NCBI GenBank assembly: GCA_900320095.1
Contig: ONQZ01000002.1
Span: 8,165-72,164 of the forward strand
Length of the DNA: 64,000 nucleotides
Direction of reading: 5' to 3'
Source: an uncultured Lentisphaerota bacterium
GTDB taxonomy: Bacteria > Verrucomicrobiota > Lentisphaeria > Victivallales > UBA1829
This document shows positions 17,538 to 26,995 of the stretch, piece after piece. The notes beneath the pieces are model-generated. The model saw nothing but the letters and a program-made list of their open reading frames with translations, was not told where the DNA came from and did no database searches. The position numbers and the translations under genes are program-made. The stretch's first letter is position 1, and every line of letters starts with the position of its first letter.

Positions 17538-19982
17538 TTATTTGCCTGACGGCTGCGTGATCTCGATGGTGTCGAGGAGGACTTCCTCGTCAACGGGCCT
17601 GATGGAAAGGGTGTGCTCTCCGGCGGCGAGGCAGTCGGCAGTATACAGCGCTGCGGTCTGGTTGCGGATCACGTTGTCCGACCATTCGTCGCTGAAGTCC
17701 TTCGCGTGGATATTCGGCGCGGCGACGGCTTTCCCGTCGAGGATGATTTCGTAGCGGAGCTTGTCGTTGGTCACGGGGTGCGTCGGGATCATGTTCACGC
17801 GGAACGCAGTCTTTCCGGCGTCTTCGAGCGTGAATTTGTAGTTGACGGTCTGCCCGCCGGGGATGATCGCGGCGCGGCTGCGGCAGCCCATGCCGAACGC
17901 CGACGCGAGCTTGGCGTCCTCGGCGTCGAGGCCGTCGATATAGGCGACGAGGTCCTTCAAGCGGTCGGCGGCAAAGACCTGCGAACGCGGCGACGGGCTC
18001 CACGGCTCCTTTATGTCGTCGAAGACCTTCTGTCCGCACGGCAAGGCGTACATCATGCGCCGCCACTTGCCGTCCTCGATGTCGTCGAACCGCGCGGTCA
18101 GCGCCTGGACCAGCTGGTGCTGTTCATGGACGTCCGCCCAGGGACGCAGGCCGGATTTCGCGAACATGCCGTACAGGTGCTTGCGGGCAAGCCCGGCGGA
18201 ACCGCGCACCTGGTACTCGACGATCTCGAACCAGGCGGATTTGCGGCCGGCGGGAATCCTCTTTCCAAGTTCGACCGTGCGTTTTTCGAGCGCGTCGTAG
18301 TCCGCGATCATCTCCAGCACCTCGCGTTCGGAGAAATCCGGGCCGGACGTCAGGTTTTCCATCATGACGGTCGGCTCCGCGTGGCCCGGTCCGGGATCGT
18401 CAGACTTCCTGCACATGAATTCCGCCTTGCGAATCCAGGAGATGCGGTAAAGCTCGGTCAGGATGGACGCGGCTTCCTTCGCGGCATCCGCTCCGAACGT
18501 GCGCGCGCACCACGCTTCGAGGTAGTCCTGCACGCCCGTCTTCTCGACCTTGGCGATGTCCCACGCCATGTCCAGGAACAGCTCCATGTGCATTTCCTGC
18601 GGCTTGATGTCGCCGACGTTCAGAATCCAGATCTTCTTCGCGCCGCAGTCGTACGAACGTTTCATCTCGCGGTAGAGCAACCCGGGGTGGTTGGTCGCCA
18701 GCCACAGATAGTTCTGCGGTACGCCCCAGTAGGACACATGGTAGTACACGCCCGCTCCGCCGGACCGTTTAAGTTCTTCCTCGTCGGAGAGATGCAGCAG
18801 GTAGCCGCGGTTGTCGTCGCACCACATCAGCGTCACGTCTTCCGGGACCTTCAGGCCGGTACGGTAGACGTCCAGCACTTCCTTGTACGGGACAAAGATC
18901 TGCGGGACCTGATCCGCCTTTTTGCCGGATTTCTTCTCGATGATGGCGCGCTGGTCGGCGATGACTTTCGGGAGCGCTTCGCGCTGTTCGTCGAGCGTTT
19001 TCGCGCCGTTCATGCGGCCGTCGTGGACGCCGCGCATGCCGATGGTGTAGATGTTCTCGTAACGCCCGATCTCCGCGAGACGGTCCTCGAAGAATTTCAG
19101 CACGTTGTCCCTGTTCGAGATGTAGTTGTATTCGCCCTGTCCGCGCACGCGCCATTCGCCGTTCACGTTGCAGTTCATCGGCTCGCAGTGGGACGTGCCG
19201 ATGACGATGCCGTACTTGTCGGCGACTTCGGCGTTGCCCTTCACCATGTAGAACGGGGTGGTGCAGCCGTGCATGGCGGGCCAGAACGTGTTCGCTTTCA
19301 GGCGAAGCAGCAGCTCGAAGACCTTCGCGTGTGTCTTCGGGCCGACCGCCAGCATCTGCGGCGTCTTCTTCGCGATCTCCGGATCGACCAGGTCCGCCGC
19401 CTCCGGTTCAAACGTGCGCGCCGCCCACGGCGTGAATCCCCAGTCCTCGTCGTTGATGAAGATGCCGCGGTACTCGACCGAGGGCGCCTGCGAGGTGGAG
19501 AACGTCTCCGGCAGCGTGAAGGAATCGCGTTTTTCGGGCGTCACGTCCGCCCACCATTCGTACGGGGAGACGCCGAGCATCCGGGTCAGCTCCACGATGC
19601 CGTACGCCGCGCCGCGTTTGTCCGAGCCCGCGATGAGGAGCCGGGCGCGTCCGGATTCGTTCACGACGGCGAGCTGGAACGCCTCTTTGCGGCCGTCCTT
19701 TTTGAGCTTGCCGCTGTCGAAATACGGCTTGAGCAGGGCGGACCCGGCGGTGCCGACCACGATGTCCGCGTCGCCGTCCTGCACGACTTCGAGCTCCGCA
19801 TCCAGCACGTTCGCCGTGTCGCGTTTCAGCAGGTCGAGCGCGATCCGCACGGTCTCGGCTTCTTCGTTCGATGCGGCGGCGCGGATGGTCTGGCCTTTTG
19901 TGAGTATGAAATCAGCGGCGGAAAGCGCGGCGGCGGTCATAAGCAGGACTCCTGTCAGTTGTTTGTTTCTGTCGACCCCCAC
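17538..19982 (-). CDS. Glycoside hydrolase family 115 (alpha-glucuronidase-like)
   Basis: 814 aa. It has a signal peptide (..LTGVLLMTAAALSA). The GH115-type core includes YRGIFINDEDWGFTPWA and ..GTSHCEPM.., followed by a C-terminal beta-sandwich region. Confidence 0.8.
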   Translation of the reverse strand: MGVDRNKQLTGVLLMTAAALSAADFILTKGQTIRAAASNEEAETVRIALDLLKRDTANVLDAELEVVQDGDADIVVGTAGSALLKPYFDSGKLKKDGRKEAFQLAVVNESGRARLLIAGSDKRGAAYGIVELTRMLGVSPYEWWADVTPEKRDSFTLPETFSTSQAPSVEYRGIFINDEDWGFTPWAARTFEPEAADLVDPEIAKKTPQMLAVGPKTHAKVFELLLRLKANTFWPAMHGCTTPFYMVKGNAEVADKYGIVIGTSHCEPMNCNVNGEWRVRGQGEYNYISNRDNVLKFFEDRLAEIGRYENIYTIGMRGVHDGRMNGAKTLDEQREALPKVIADQRAIIEKKSGKKADQVPQIFVPYKEVLDVYRTGLKVPEDVTLMWCDDNRGYLLHLSDEEELKRSGGAGVYYHVSYWGVPQNYLWLATNHPGLLYREMKRSYDCGAKKIWILNVGDIKPQEMHMELFLDMAWDIAKVEKTGVQDYLEAWCARTFGADAAKEAASILTELYRISWIRKAEFMCRKSDDPGPGHAEPTVMMENLTSGPDFSEREVLEMIADYDALEKRTVELGKRIPAGRKSAWFEIVEYQVRGSAGLARKHLYGMFAKSGLRPWADVHEQHQLVQALTARFDDIEDGKWRRMMYALPCGQKVFDDIKEPWSPSPRSQVFAADRLKDLVAYIDGLDAEDAKLASAFGMGCRSRAAIIPGGQTVNYKFTLEDAGKTAFRVNMIPTHPVTNDKLRYEIILDGKAVAAPNIHAKDFSDEWSDNVIRNQTAALYTADCLAAGEHTLSIRPVDEEVLLDTIEITQPSGK

Positions 19983-21187
19983 GAATCCGCGTCGGGGATG
20001 ACCTGTTCGAGGCGTTCCAGCAGGTCCATGCCGACGCTGTCCGGCCAGTCGCAGTTATTGCGCAGGATGAGGATGGCGACGCGGGTGTCGAGGTCAATGC
20101 CGAAGAAGGACGCCACGCCGAAGGTCATGCCGTAGCGGATGAGGCAGCGGTGTCCCGCGGGCGAGTCGACGAGGTAGTAGTTGTAATGCACCTCGTCCTC
20201 CCCTCTCGGGGCATCGAAAGGATGCTCGCGGTCCATGGCGAGGAAGCGTTCGCGGTATTTGCGGAGGCAGAGCATTTGGTCGGACGCGCTGGACCACACG
20301 CCGCCGGCGGTGCGGAGTCCTTCGCCGAGGTAGTGCGAACGCACATGGCGTCCGCGGAACCAGAAGAACGGGATGTCGCCGGAATGCGTCCCGGAGACGC
20401 GATCCTCCTTGCCTTCGGGCGGGCCGAACGAGGTGTCCTGCAAACCCCACGGGCGGATGATGGTGCGTTCCATGAGGTCGGGGACGGTCTCGCCGGTGAG
20501 GGATTCCAGCGCGAGTCCGAGCAGGCCGTATCCGAGGTTGCTGTAACGGCTTCGCGGATGCGAGACGGCGGAGCGGCATTCGGAGTTGGAGAGCGTCTCG
20601 AGGAGACCTTCGCGCGTGCAGAAATTCTCGTACACGTTCGAGTCCCAGATCTCGGCGGAAATGACCGGCCAGATGTTGATGAGCGTGTAGCTTTCGCGCG
20701 GCAGGCCGGACCGGTGCAGGAGCAGGTCGCGGACCGTGATCGGATCGTACTCCGGCGGCAAATCCAGTCCGGGGCAGTCCTTCAGCGGCGTGTCGAGGTC
20801 GACCTGCCCGGTGCGCTCCAGCTCCGCCACCATTTCGAAGACCATGTTCTTCGTGAGGGAGCCGATCGGGAAGATGGTGTCGGGCGTAAGTTTTTTCTCC
20901 GGGTCGAGCACGTCGGACCGTCCGGAGACCGCCGTGAGCGCGGTGTCATCCGGCAGGATCACGCCGGCGACGATCCCCACGCTGCGCGTGTCGCGGATAT
21001 AGTCGTCGGCGAAGTCCTGAAGAAGCTGCCGGACTCCGGCGTCCGTCCGGGGGTATTCCCGGGGCGTGGAGCACGCGCCCGCGAACAGCGCGCAGAGAAG
21101 CGCCGCCGTCAGGGCGAGGGCGTGCGCGGTCCGACGCCGGAAGCGGAAGCCGGAGTTCATTGAGGTCAACAGACCGGAACCGTTCAT
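19955..21187 (-). CDS. Serine hydrolase, class C beta-lactamase/esterase family lipoprotein
   Basis: The ATG at 21187 overlaps the argB stop (ATGA); an alternative ATG lies at 21160. It has a lipoprotein-type signal (ALALTAALLCALFAGAC) and an SxxK motif (PIGSLTKNMVFE). The Arg-rich track extension to 21484 overlaps argB and is rejected. The 3' end overlaps the GH115 start by 28 nt. Confidence 0.75.
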   Translation of the reverse strand: MNGSGLLTSMNSGFRFRRRTAHALALTAALLCALFAGACSTPREYPRTDAGVRQLLQDFADDYIRDTRSVGIVAGVILPDDTALTAVSGRSDVLDPEKKLTPDTIFPIGSLTKNMVFEMVAELERTGQVDLDTPLKDCPGLDLPPEYDPITVRDLLLHRSGLPRESYTLINIWPVISAEIWDSNVYENFCTREGLLETLSNSECRSAVSHPRSRYSNLGYGLLGLALESLTGETVPDLMERTIIRPWGLQDTSFGPPEGKEDRVSGTHSGDIPFFWFRGRHVRSHYLGEGLRTAGGVWSSASDQMLCLRKYRERFLAMDREHPFDAPRGEDEVHYNYYLVDSPAGHRCLIRYGMTFGVASFFGIDLDTRVAILILRNNCDWPDSVGMDLLERLEQVIPDADSWGSTETNN

Positions 21188-22074
21188 CCCTTGATGATCT
21201 GGGTGCCGACGCCGGTGTTCGTGAAGATCTCGAGCAGGAGCGAGTGTGGCAGGCGTCCGTCCGCCATGTGGACCTGCGTGACGCCGTTTTCGATGGCGTT
21301 GACGCAGCTGCGGATCTTCGGGAGCATGCCTCCGGAGAGGACGCCGGATTCGATCAGGCCGGGGACCGCGGAGGTGCGTATCTCGGAGATGAGCGTGGAT
21401 TCGTCCTTCGGGTCGCGGAGCACGCCGGGGACGTCGCTGATGAAAACGAGCTTGCGGGCGTGGAGCGCCATGGCGATCTCGCATGCAGCGAGGTCGGCGT
21501 TGATGTTGTACGGCTGCCCGTGGAAGTCCATGGCGAGCGGGGTGATGACCGGGATGATGCGGAAGTTGAGGGAGTCGAGGATGGGACGCGCGTCGACGCC
21601 GATCACGCGGCCGACGAACCCGACGTCCGACTCTTCGCCGGAGATCGGGTCGCGGGAGAGCATCTTCTCGCAGCGGAGGATCCGTTTGCCGGAGATCTGG
21701 GCGCCGATGCCGCCGGTCTTCAGGATGGCGTCCACAAGGGCGCGGTTGACCTGGTTGTGCAGCACGTCGTCGACGACTCCGATGGTCGCGGCGTCGGTGA
21801 AGCGGAGGCCGTTCACGAACTTCGTCTCGATGTTGAGCTCTTTGAGGCGGGCGGTGATCGCCTTGCCGCCGCCGTGCACGACGACGACCTTCATGCCGAT
21901 GGCTTCGAGCAGGACGATGTCGCGCATGGTGCGCGCGGTGAGGTCGGGGTCCTCCATGGCGCTGCCGCCGAACTTGATGACGGCGATGGAGTCGCGGAAC
22001 TGCTGGATGTAGGGGAGCGCCTCCATGAGGACGTCCGCCTTGTGGATGAGATTTTCCTTATGGTTCTGATCCAT
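21184..22074 (-). CDS. argB: Acetylglutamate kinase
   Basis: 296 aa. It reads EALPYIQQFRDSIAVIKFGGSAM.. with VVVHGGG and the rest of the amino-acid kinase fold typical of ArgB. Confidence 0.95.
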   Translation of the reverse strand: MDQNHKENLIHKADVLMEALPYIQQFRDSIAVIKFGGSAMEDPDLTARTMRDIVLLEAIGMKVVVVHGGGKAITARLKELNIETKFVNGLRFTDAATIGVVDDVLHNQVNRALVDAILKTGGIGAQISGKRILRCEKMLSRDPISGEESDVGFVGRVIGVDARPILDSLNFRIIPVITPLAMDFHGQPYNINADLAACEIAMALHARKLVFISDVPGVLRDPKDESTLISEIRTSAVPGLIESGVLSGGMLPKIRSCVNAIENGVTQVHMADGRLPHSLLLEIFTNTGVGTQIIKG

Positions 22075-22104
22075 GATGGGTTTCCTTGGTATGTTCTGGC
22101 GGAA

Positions 22105-23352
22105 TCAGGTGTGGTAGTCCGCGTTGATCTTGACGTAGTCGTAGGTGATGTCGCTCGTCCACATGATATCGGACGCGACGCCCTCGCCGAGGTCGATGTG
22201 AACCGTGAAGCTGCCGGTCTTCATGAGTTCGGACAGCTCAGCTTCCGGGGTCCCGGCGTCCATGCCGCCGCGCACGACCGGCTTGTTGTTGTAGTCGAGC
22301 GAGACGTTTTCCGGGCTGAACTGCGCGCCGGAATACCCGGCGGCGGCGAGGATGCGTCCCCAGTTCGGATCGCAGCCGAACCAGGCGGTCTTGCAGAGCA
22401 TGGAGTCGGCGATGGCTTTCGCGCAGATGTGCGCCTGGGCGGCGTCCTTCGCGCCGGTCACGAGGACCTCGACGAACTTCGAGGAGCCTTCTCCGTCCAT
22501 GACCATGCCCTTGGCGAGCGTCTGCACCACGTGGCGGAGCGCGTCGGCGAAGAGCTGCGCCGCCTCGGAGCCGTCGTACGCGATCTTCGCGCCGGATTCG
22601 CCGTTCGCGAACAGCATGCACGTGTCGTTCGTGCTCATGTCGTTGTCGACCGTGATGCGATTGAACGAGACTTCGACGGCGTCGGCGAGGAAGTGCGTGA
22701 GGCTGACGTTGTCCGCGGCGGCGTCGGTCGTGAGGAAGCAGAGCATGGTGGCGTGGGGCACGGCGGGGTACATGTGCGGCGCGATCATGCCGGCGCCTTT
22801 GGTCATGCCGCCGACCGTGACTTTCTTTCCATCGAGGAAGAAGCTCACGGCGCACTCTTTCGGGCGGGTGTCGGTGGTCATAATGGCGAGCGCGGCCTCG
22901 TGGCCTCCGTCCGGCTTCTTCGCGGCGGCGGTGGCCTTGATCCCGGCGGCGAGCTTGTCCATCGGGAGCTGGACGCCGATCCTGCCGGTGGAGCAGGACA
23001 GCGCCTGGTTCTCGTCGATGCCGAGCGCTTCGGCGGCGAGCTTCGCGACCGCGCGCGCATTTTCCATGCCGAGTTCGCCCGTGCAGGCGTTCGCCACGCC
23101 GCTGTTCACGACCACGGCGCGGATCCCGGCGGGCCCGGCGACGCGTTCCTTGCAGAGCACGACCGGGGCGGCGGGGAAGAGGTTGGAGGTGAAGGTGCCG
23201 GCGCTGTTGCAGCCGGTCCTGGAGTAAAGGAGGGCGAGGTCGGCCTTGCCGCTCCGTTTGAGTCCGCAGGTGACGCCGGCGGCTTCGAATCCGGACGCGG
23301 AAGTCACGCCGCCACCTTCGATCACCTCAAAAGACGGGATGTTCTGGTTCAA
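22105..23352 (-). CDS. argJ: Bifunctional glutamate N-acetyltransferase / amino-acid acetyltransferase ArgJ
   Basis: 415 aa with a TTG start after an AGGAGA SD. It has the ArgJ autoprocessing region ..GMIAPHMYPAVPHATML.. and the family signature TTDT. Confidence 0.93.
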   Translation of the reverse strand: MNQNIPSFEVIEGGGVTSASGFEAAGVTCGLKRSGKADLALLYSRTGCNSAGTFTSNLFPAAPVVLCKERVAGPAGIRAVVVNSGVANACTGELGMENARAVAKLAAEALGIDENQALSCSTGRIGVQLPMDKLAAGIKATAAAKKPDGGHEAALAIMTTDTRPKECAVSFFLDGKKVTVGGMTKGAGMIAPHMYPAVPHATMLCFLTTDAAADNVSLTHFLADAVEVSFNRITVDNDMSTNDTCMLFANGESGAKIAYDGSEAAQLFADALRHVVQTLAKGMVMDGEGSSKFVEVLVTGAKDAAQAHICAKAIADSMLCKTAWFGCDPNWGRILAAAGYSGAQFSPENVSLDYNNKPVVRGGMDAGTPEAELSELMKTGSFTVHIDLGEGVASDIMWTSDITYDYVKINADYHT

Positions 23353-23408
23353 TTCTGGTATCTCCTAAATAAGGTTTGGTATAAAGTCGGTTGTACTGTT
23401 GTGCCGGA

Positions 23409-23864
23409 TCAGGAGGGCTTCTTGCCCTCGGTCGCGGTGATGGTCAGGGCGATGCCGCCGCGCGGACGGAACTCGCCGTTGACCTCCATCCATCGCGGTT
23501 TGCACGCCTTCGCGAGGTCGGTGAGGATGCGGTTCACCGCCTCCTCGTGGAACGTGTGGTGGTTGCGGAAGGAATAGAGGTAGAGCTTGAGGGACTTGCT
23601 TTCGATGCAGAGCTTGTCCGCGACATATCGGACGCGGATGTGCCCGAAGTCGGGCTGGCCGGTCACGGGGCACAGGCTGGTGAACTCGGGGCAGTCGAAC
23701 AGGATCTCGTAGTCGCGCTGGGGGTAGGCATTCACGAAGGTCTCAAGTTTCGCCTTGTCCGGGGAGTCGGGATACTCGGTATGGCTGCGGGAAAGAAGAG
23801 TCAGGGTCGGATGCGGGATGGCGCCGGTCTGACTTTTTTTCGACTTTTTTTCGTTTTTGGGCAT
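23409..23864 (-). CDS. queF: NADPH-dependent 7-cyano-7-deazaguanine reductase (unimodular type)
   Basis: 151 aa. The catalytic Cys context is EFTSLCPVTGQPDF, and the QueF motif IESKSLKLYLYSFRNH is present. Confidence 0.9.
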   Translation of the reverse strand: MPKNEKKSKKSQTGAIPHPTLTLLSRSHTEYPDSPDKAKLETFVNAYPQRDYEILFDCPEFTSLCPVTGQPDFGHIRVRYVADKLCIESKSLKLYLYSFRNHHTFHEEAVNRILTDLAKACKPRWMEVNGEFRPRGGIALTITATEGKKPS

Positions 23865-23944
23865 TATTTAGGGCCTTTCAGACGTTATTTGCAGATGAAA
23901 TCGGTTTTTTTCGAAAAAAAATCAAAAAAAATCGCGAATTCAAC

Positions 23945-23973
23945 TTGATTGATGAAGGATATAAGAATATATT
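23945..23973 (+). promoter_or_regulatory. sigma70-like promoter upstream of the 24065 gene
   Basis: -35 TTGATT (23945-23950), 17-nt spacer, -10 TATATT (23968-23973). This leaves a ~85-nt leader ending in an AAGGAG SD. Confidence 0.5.
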
Positions 23974-24064
23974 AAACGCGTTTTCCGATTTTTCCAGTGA
24001 AAACATCAAAAAAAACGATACTTTTTCTTAAAACATACTCAGACAACCCTTCAAGGAGTACCAA

Positions 24065-24532
24065 ATGAAACAGTGGAAAAAAATCGTCCTGAGCATCGTC
24101 TTCTTCGCCATGATCGGCGGAATGACCCAGGCTCTCGCCATCGACAACCTGAACCTGTCTCCCGAGAACCCGCCCGGATACGAGAACCTCTGGAACCGTA
24201 TCACGCGCAAGCTCGGCCGCGGTATCTGCGACGTTGCGTTCGGCGTGCTGGAGATCCCGACCTTCATGTCCCACGTCCAGTTTGAAGACGGCAACCTCGC
24301 CGGTGCCACCTACGGCGTCATCGGCGGCGTCGGCTACTTCCTGGTCCGCGAAGGCGTCGGCATCCTTGAGCTCCTCACCTTCCCCTTCCCGCTCCCGAGC
24401 AGCCCGAACGATCCGATGGATCCGAACCGCTCCCAGTGGGGCTACGGCCCGATCCTGACTCCGGAATGGATCATCTCGCCCGCCCACAACTACCAGAATT
24501 TCTTCTATCCGCAGACTGGCGTCGTCAAGTAA
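24065..24532 (+). CDS. Small secreted protein resembling the exosortase-system-associated TIGR04073 family
   Basis: 155 aa. It has a signal peptide (MKQWKKIVLSIVFFAMIGGMTQALA). The core RKLGRGICDVAFGVLEIPTFM...GVIGGVGYFLVREGVGILELLTFPFP matches my recollection of that family's KLxRGxxN..G..EIP and G..E..TFP pattern. Confidence 0.5.
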   Translation: MKQWKKIVLSIVFFAMIGGMTQALAIDNLNLSPENPPGYENLWNRITRKLGRGICDVAFGVLEIPTFMSHVQFEDGNLAGATYGVIGGVGYFLVREGVGILELLTFPFPLPSSPNDPMDPNRSQWGYGPILTPEWIISPAHNYQNFFYPQTGVVK

Positions 24533-24554
24533 GGCGTAAGGCGGATGAATTCCC

Positions 24555-24592
24555 TGCCGGGGGGCGCGTCTCCCCGGCATAACACCATTTTT
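24555..24592 (+). terminator. Weak hairpin downstream of the 24065 gene
   Basis: TGCCGGGG (24555-24562) pairs with CCCCGGCA (24572-24579). The T-run appears only about 9 nt later (24588-24592). Confidence 0.3.
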
Positions 24593-24599
24593 CAGATAT

Positions 24600-26855
24600 A
24601 TGCCAGACGGAGACGCACAATCTCTTCCGGCAGTGGAGGTTCTTGTCAACTTATCGCTTGACAGAACCTTCGATTATTTAATCCCGCCGCACCTCATCGG
24701 GCGCATTCAGCCCGGCATGAAGGTCAACGTGCCGTTCGGCAAGGGCCGCAAGCCGCGCCCGGCGACCGTAACGCGCCTCATCCCCCGTCCCGACCGCGGC
24801 GACCTGAAGGAGATCATCGACATCTGCGGAGACGTGCCGCAGATACCGGATTCCCTCGCGAAACTCGGCGCATGGATCGCCGATTATTACTGCTGCACCC
24901 GCGAACAGGCCCTGCGCGCGCTGCTGCCGTCGGCGGTCCGCAGCGGCAAGATCAAGCCCAAAAAGGTCCGCCGGTGCTATCTGGCGTCCCCGGAAAAAGC
25001 CGCCGCCTACCTGGAAAAAGTTGGCGCGCGCGCCAAAGTCCGGGCGCAGGCCATCCAGTTCATCACGCTTCATCCCGGCGCCACGCCCGACTCGATCCAG
25101 GCGATGACCGGGGCGAAGATACCTCAGCTCCGCGCACTTGCAAAGGACGGCATCCTGAACATCGAGGAGGTCCGGCTCGACCGCGACCCGCTCCGCAACA
25201 TCAAAATCGTCCCGACGACTCCGCTCAAGCTCACGGGCGAACAGGGCGCGGCGCTGGACAAGATCTTCTCCATGCTCGCGCCGGACCGCCCGCCCGCCTC
25301 GCCGCACGTGCTCCTGCTGCACGGCGTGACCTGCAGCGGCAAGACCGAAGTGTATCTTCAGGCGATCGCGCGCGTGCTGGAACAGGGCGGCAACGCGATC
25401 GTGCTGGTGCCGGAAATCTCCCTCACGCCCCAGACCGTGACGCGGTTCCGCGCGCGGTTCGGCGAACGCGTCAGCGTGCTCCACAGCGGGCTCACGCAGG
25501 GCGAACGCTACGACGAATGGATGAAGGTGTACCGCGGCGAGGTCGACATCGCGGTCGGCGCACGGTCCGCCCTCTTCGCGCCGTTCCGCAACCTCAAACT
25601 CATCATCGTCGACGAGGAGCACGATTCCTCCTACAAGCAGTCCGAAGCGCCGCGCTACAATGCCCGCGACGTGGCGGTGGTCCGCGGCCGCATGGAGGGC
25701 GCGCTCGTGATCCTCGGGTCCGCCACGCCTTCGCTGGAATCCTGGCAGAACGCCGTCACGGGGAAATACGCGCTGGCGTCCATGCCGAACCGCTGGGACC
25801 CGTCGATCGTGCTGCCGGCGGTCGAGATCGTCGACATGCGCCTCGAAAAGGACGACGAGGACCGCATCCCGATGTTCTCGAAGCGCCTCATCAATGCCGT
25901 GCGCAGCCGGATCCACGCGGGAGAGCAAAGCATCCTTTTCCTGAACAAACGCGGCTACTCGCGCCAGCTCCAGTGCGCCTGCGGATACGTCCCGACCTGC
26001 CCGGACTGCTCCGTCGCCTACACCTACCACAAGAAAAATGCCTCGCTGATCTGCCATTTCTGCGGCCGGATCGTCCCCGCGATCACGGCGTGCCCGGTCT
26101 GCGGCCAGTCGGAATTCCACTACGTCGGCACCGGCACCGAACGGATCGAAAGCCTCGCGGCGGCGCTGTTCCAGGGCGCGCGCATCGCGCGCATGGACTC
26201 GGACACCATGACGAATCCGCAGAAATACGAGGAGGTGCTGTCGAAGTTCCGGGGCGGCGACCTCGACATCCTCATCGGCACACAGATGATCGCCAAGGGG
26301 CTGGACTTCCCGAACGTCACGCTCGTGGGCGTGCTGAACGCCGACATGGGGCTGTATCTGCCGGATTTCCGCGCGCTCGAACGCACCTTCCAGCTGCTGG
26401 CGCAGGTCGCCGGACGCGCAGGCCGCGGCGAGGTCCACGGACAGGTGCTCATCCAGACGTTCTCGCCGGAGAACCCCGCGATCCTGTGTGCGGCGGAGCA
26501 CTCCTGCAAGGACTTTTTCGAGGAAGAGCTTCCGGTCCGCAAAGAACTCCTGTTCCCGCCGTTCTGCCACCTCACGGTCCTGCATTTCGACGGCGAGGAT
26601 CCGGTTCAGATCGAAGCGAAGGCCGCCGAACTCGTTAAACGCATCGCGGAACGGTTCCCCGCGCCGCTGGAGATCAGCGACGCGACGCCCGCGCCGATCG
26701 AACGCATCAAGGGACGCTACCGGTATCTCGCCACGGTCCGTACGCCGCCGAACGCCGCGTTCCGTGCGTTTCTGAGGGCGGAGGTCATGAACTGGCGGCG
26801 GACGGTCAAGGACGTGGATCTGTACGTTGACGTCGACGCTCTTTCATTGCTCTAA
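24600..26855 (+). CDS. priA: Primosomal replication restart helicase PriA
   Basis: 751 aa. It has Walker A HGVTCSGKTEVY, DEEHDSSYKQ (DEAH-like) and the PriA Cys-rich zinc insert CACGYVPTCPDCSVAYTYHKKNASLICHFCG..CPVCG. Confidence 0.92.
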   Translation: MPDGDAQSLPAVEVLVNLSLDRTFDYLIPPHLIGRIQPGMKVNVPFGKGRKPRPATVTRLIPRPDRGDLKEIIDICGDVPQIPDSLAKLGAWIADYYCCTREQALRALLPSAVRSGKIKPKKVRRCYLASPEKAAAYLEKVGARAKVRAQAIQFITLHPGATPDSIQAMTGAKIPQLRALAKDGILNIEEVRLDRDPLRNIKIVPTTPLKLTGEQGAALDKIFSMLAPDRPPASPHVLLLHGVTCSGKTEVYLQAIARVLEQGGNAIVLVPEISLTPQTVTRFRARFGERVSVLHSGLTQGERYDEWMKVYRGEVDIAVGARSALFAPFRNLKLIIVDEEHDSSYKQSEAPRYNARDVAVVRGRMEGALVILGSATPSLESWQNAVTGKYALASMPNRWDPSIVLPAVEIVDMRLEKDDEDRIPMFSKRLINAVRSRIHAGEQSILFLNKRGYSRQLQCACGYVPTCPDCSVAYTYHKKNASLICHFCGRIVPAITACPVCGQSEFHYVGTGTERIESLAAALFQGARIARMDSDTMTNPQKYEEVLSKFRGGDLDILIGTQMIAKGLDFPNVTLVGVLNADMGLYLPDFRALERTFQLLAQVAGRAGRGEVHGQVLIQTFSPENPAILCAAEHSCKDFFEEELPVRKELLFPPFCHLTVLHFDGEDPVQIEAKAAELVKRIAERFPAPLEISDATPAPIERIKGRYRYLATVRTPPNAAFRAFLRAEVMNWRRTVKDVDLYVDVDALSLL

Positions 26856-26900
26856 ACGCTTTTTTCTTCCAAATTAATCAGAAAAAGTTTCAATCCTGAT

Positions 26901-26929
26901 TTGATTTTTCCGTATTTTAGGTTTATAGT
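26901..26929 (+). promoter_or_regulatory. sigma70-like promoter of the Ser-rich thioredoxin-fold gene
   Basis: -35 TTGATT (26901-26906), 17-nt spacer, -10 TATAGT (26924-26929). Confidence 0.55.
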
Positions 26930-26995
26930 ATAGCAGATACAGCGACTTTTGAGACGAAATCCGGCATGACCCCCGGTTCAAATGGAGCATTTACC

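Noticed and set aside
23905-23920. Perfect palindrome TTTTTTTCGAAAAAAA between queF and the 24065 gene.
   Set aside because: It cannot form a hairpin because it has no loop. It is most simply an A-tract/UP-element-like bend in a divergent promoter region. There is no second copy in the window.
23865-23960. Possible preQ1 riboswitch in the queF leader.
   Set aside because: On the minus strand I could not fold a P1 hairpin followed by the conserved A-rich/CUA tail of preQ1-I. I also found no pseudoknot resembling class II or III. The region looks like plain A/T-tract promoter DNA.
26884-26895. AAAAAGTTTCAA shared between 26884-26895 and 52349-52360 as a dispersed repeat.
   Set aside because: Only ~12 nt are shared. 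One copy is simply a -35 box with an A-tract on the opposite strand. This is too short to distinguish from chance.
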